From Torpedo marmorata (lineage: Eukaryota): a DNA stretch of 64,000 bases. The notes under the pieces were generated by a model that saw only the letters and a list, made by a program, of their open reading frames with translations, had not been told where the DNA came from and made no database searches. Every line of letters starts with the position of its first letter. Position 1 is the stretch's first letter. The translations under genes were made by a program, and so were the position numbers. Below are positions 63,827 to 64,000 of the stretch, piece after piece. The stretch lies in contig OZ360223.1 in NCBI GenBank assembly GCA_977017645.1, forward strand, positions 221,154,001-221,218,000, given 5' to 3'.

Positions 63827-63963
63827 CAGTTGGATTGCTGTCATGTACTTTTTCCACCAGAGATACTTCTGAAACGCTGGCCCAGCTGCAGACAGACCAT
63901 AATAGAAATACATGATGATATGGATGATAGAGTTCACCATGGCGTGAAAGGATCCCATCCCAC
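63827..63963 (-). CDS. ELOVL1: ELOVL1 penultimate coding exon
   Basis: (G)[45 protein letters not shown]; AG/GT; 137 nt; joins the last exon in phase 0. Confidence 0.93.
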
Positions 63964-64000
63964 CTGCAAGAAAAACAGCCGTCATTATAACACAAAGCTC

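Noticed and set aside
52945-63963. ELOVL7 instead of ELOVL1
   Set aside because: [15 protein letters not shown] and the linkage to MED8 and SZT2 favour ELOVL1. A phylogeny would settle it.

Overview
Vertebrate genomic DNA, most likely a cartilaginous fish (shark or ray), judging by HE1-like tRNA SINEs and the CR1/HER1, Rex1, RTE and Penelope-like repeat landscape. Three spliced genes can be rebuilt by hand. SZT2 coding exons 1-9 lie on the minus strand (16608->2895) and the gene continues off the left edge. MED8 is complete on the plus strand (7 exons, 16778-39172, 270 aa) and shares a 169-bp bidirectional promoter with SZT2. The last two coding exons of ELOVL1 lie on the minus strand (63963->52945). 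Much of the rest is transposable elements, often nested with readable target-site duplications (TSDs). Most notable: hammerhead-ribozyme-like motifs in Penelope-like tails; a young 5S-rRNA-headed SINE; a composite hAT MITE that moved with captured DNA; a Gmr1-like LTR retrotransposon (PR-IN-RT-RH order, tRNA-Pro PBS); a solo LTR whose TSD is an SZT2 splice donor; a twin-primed inverted L1; a GC-AG intron in SZT2; and a promoter-proximal minisatellite containing telomere hexamers and MRE-like sites. Family names and human comparisons come from recalled motifs, not database searches.
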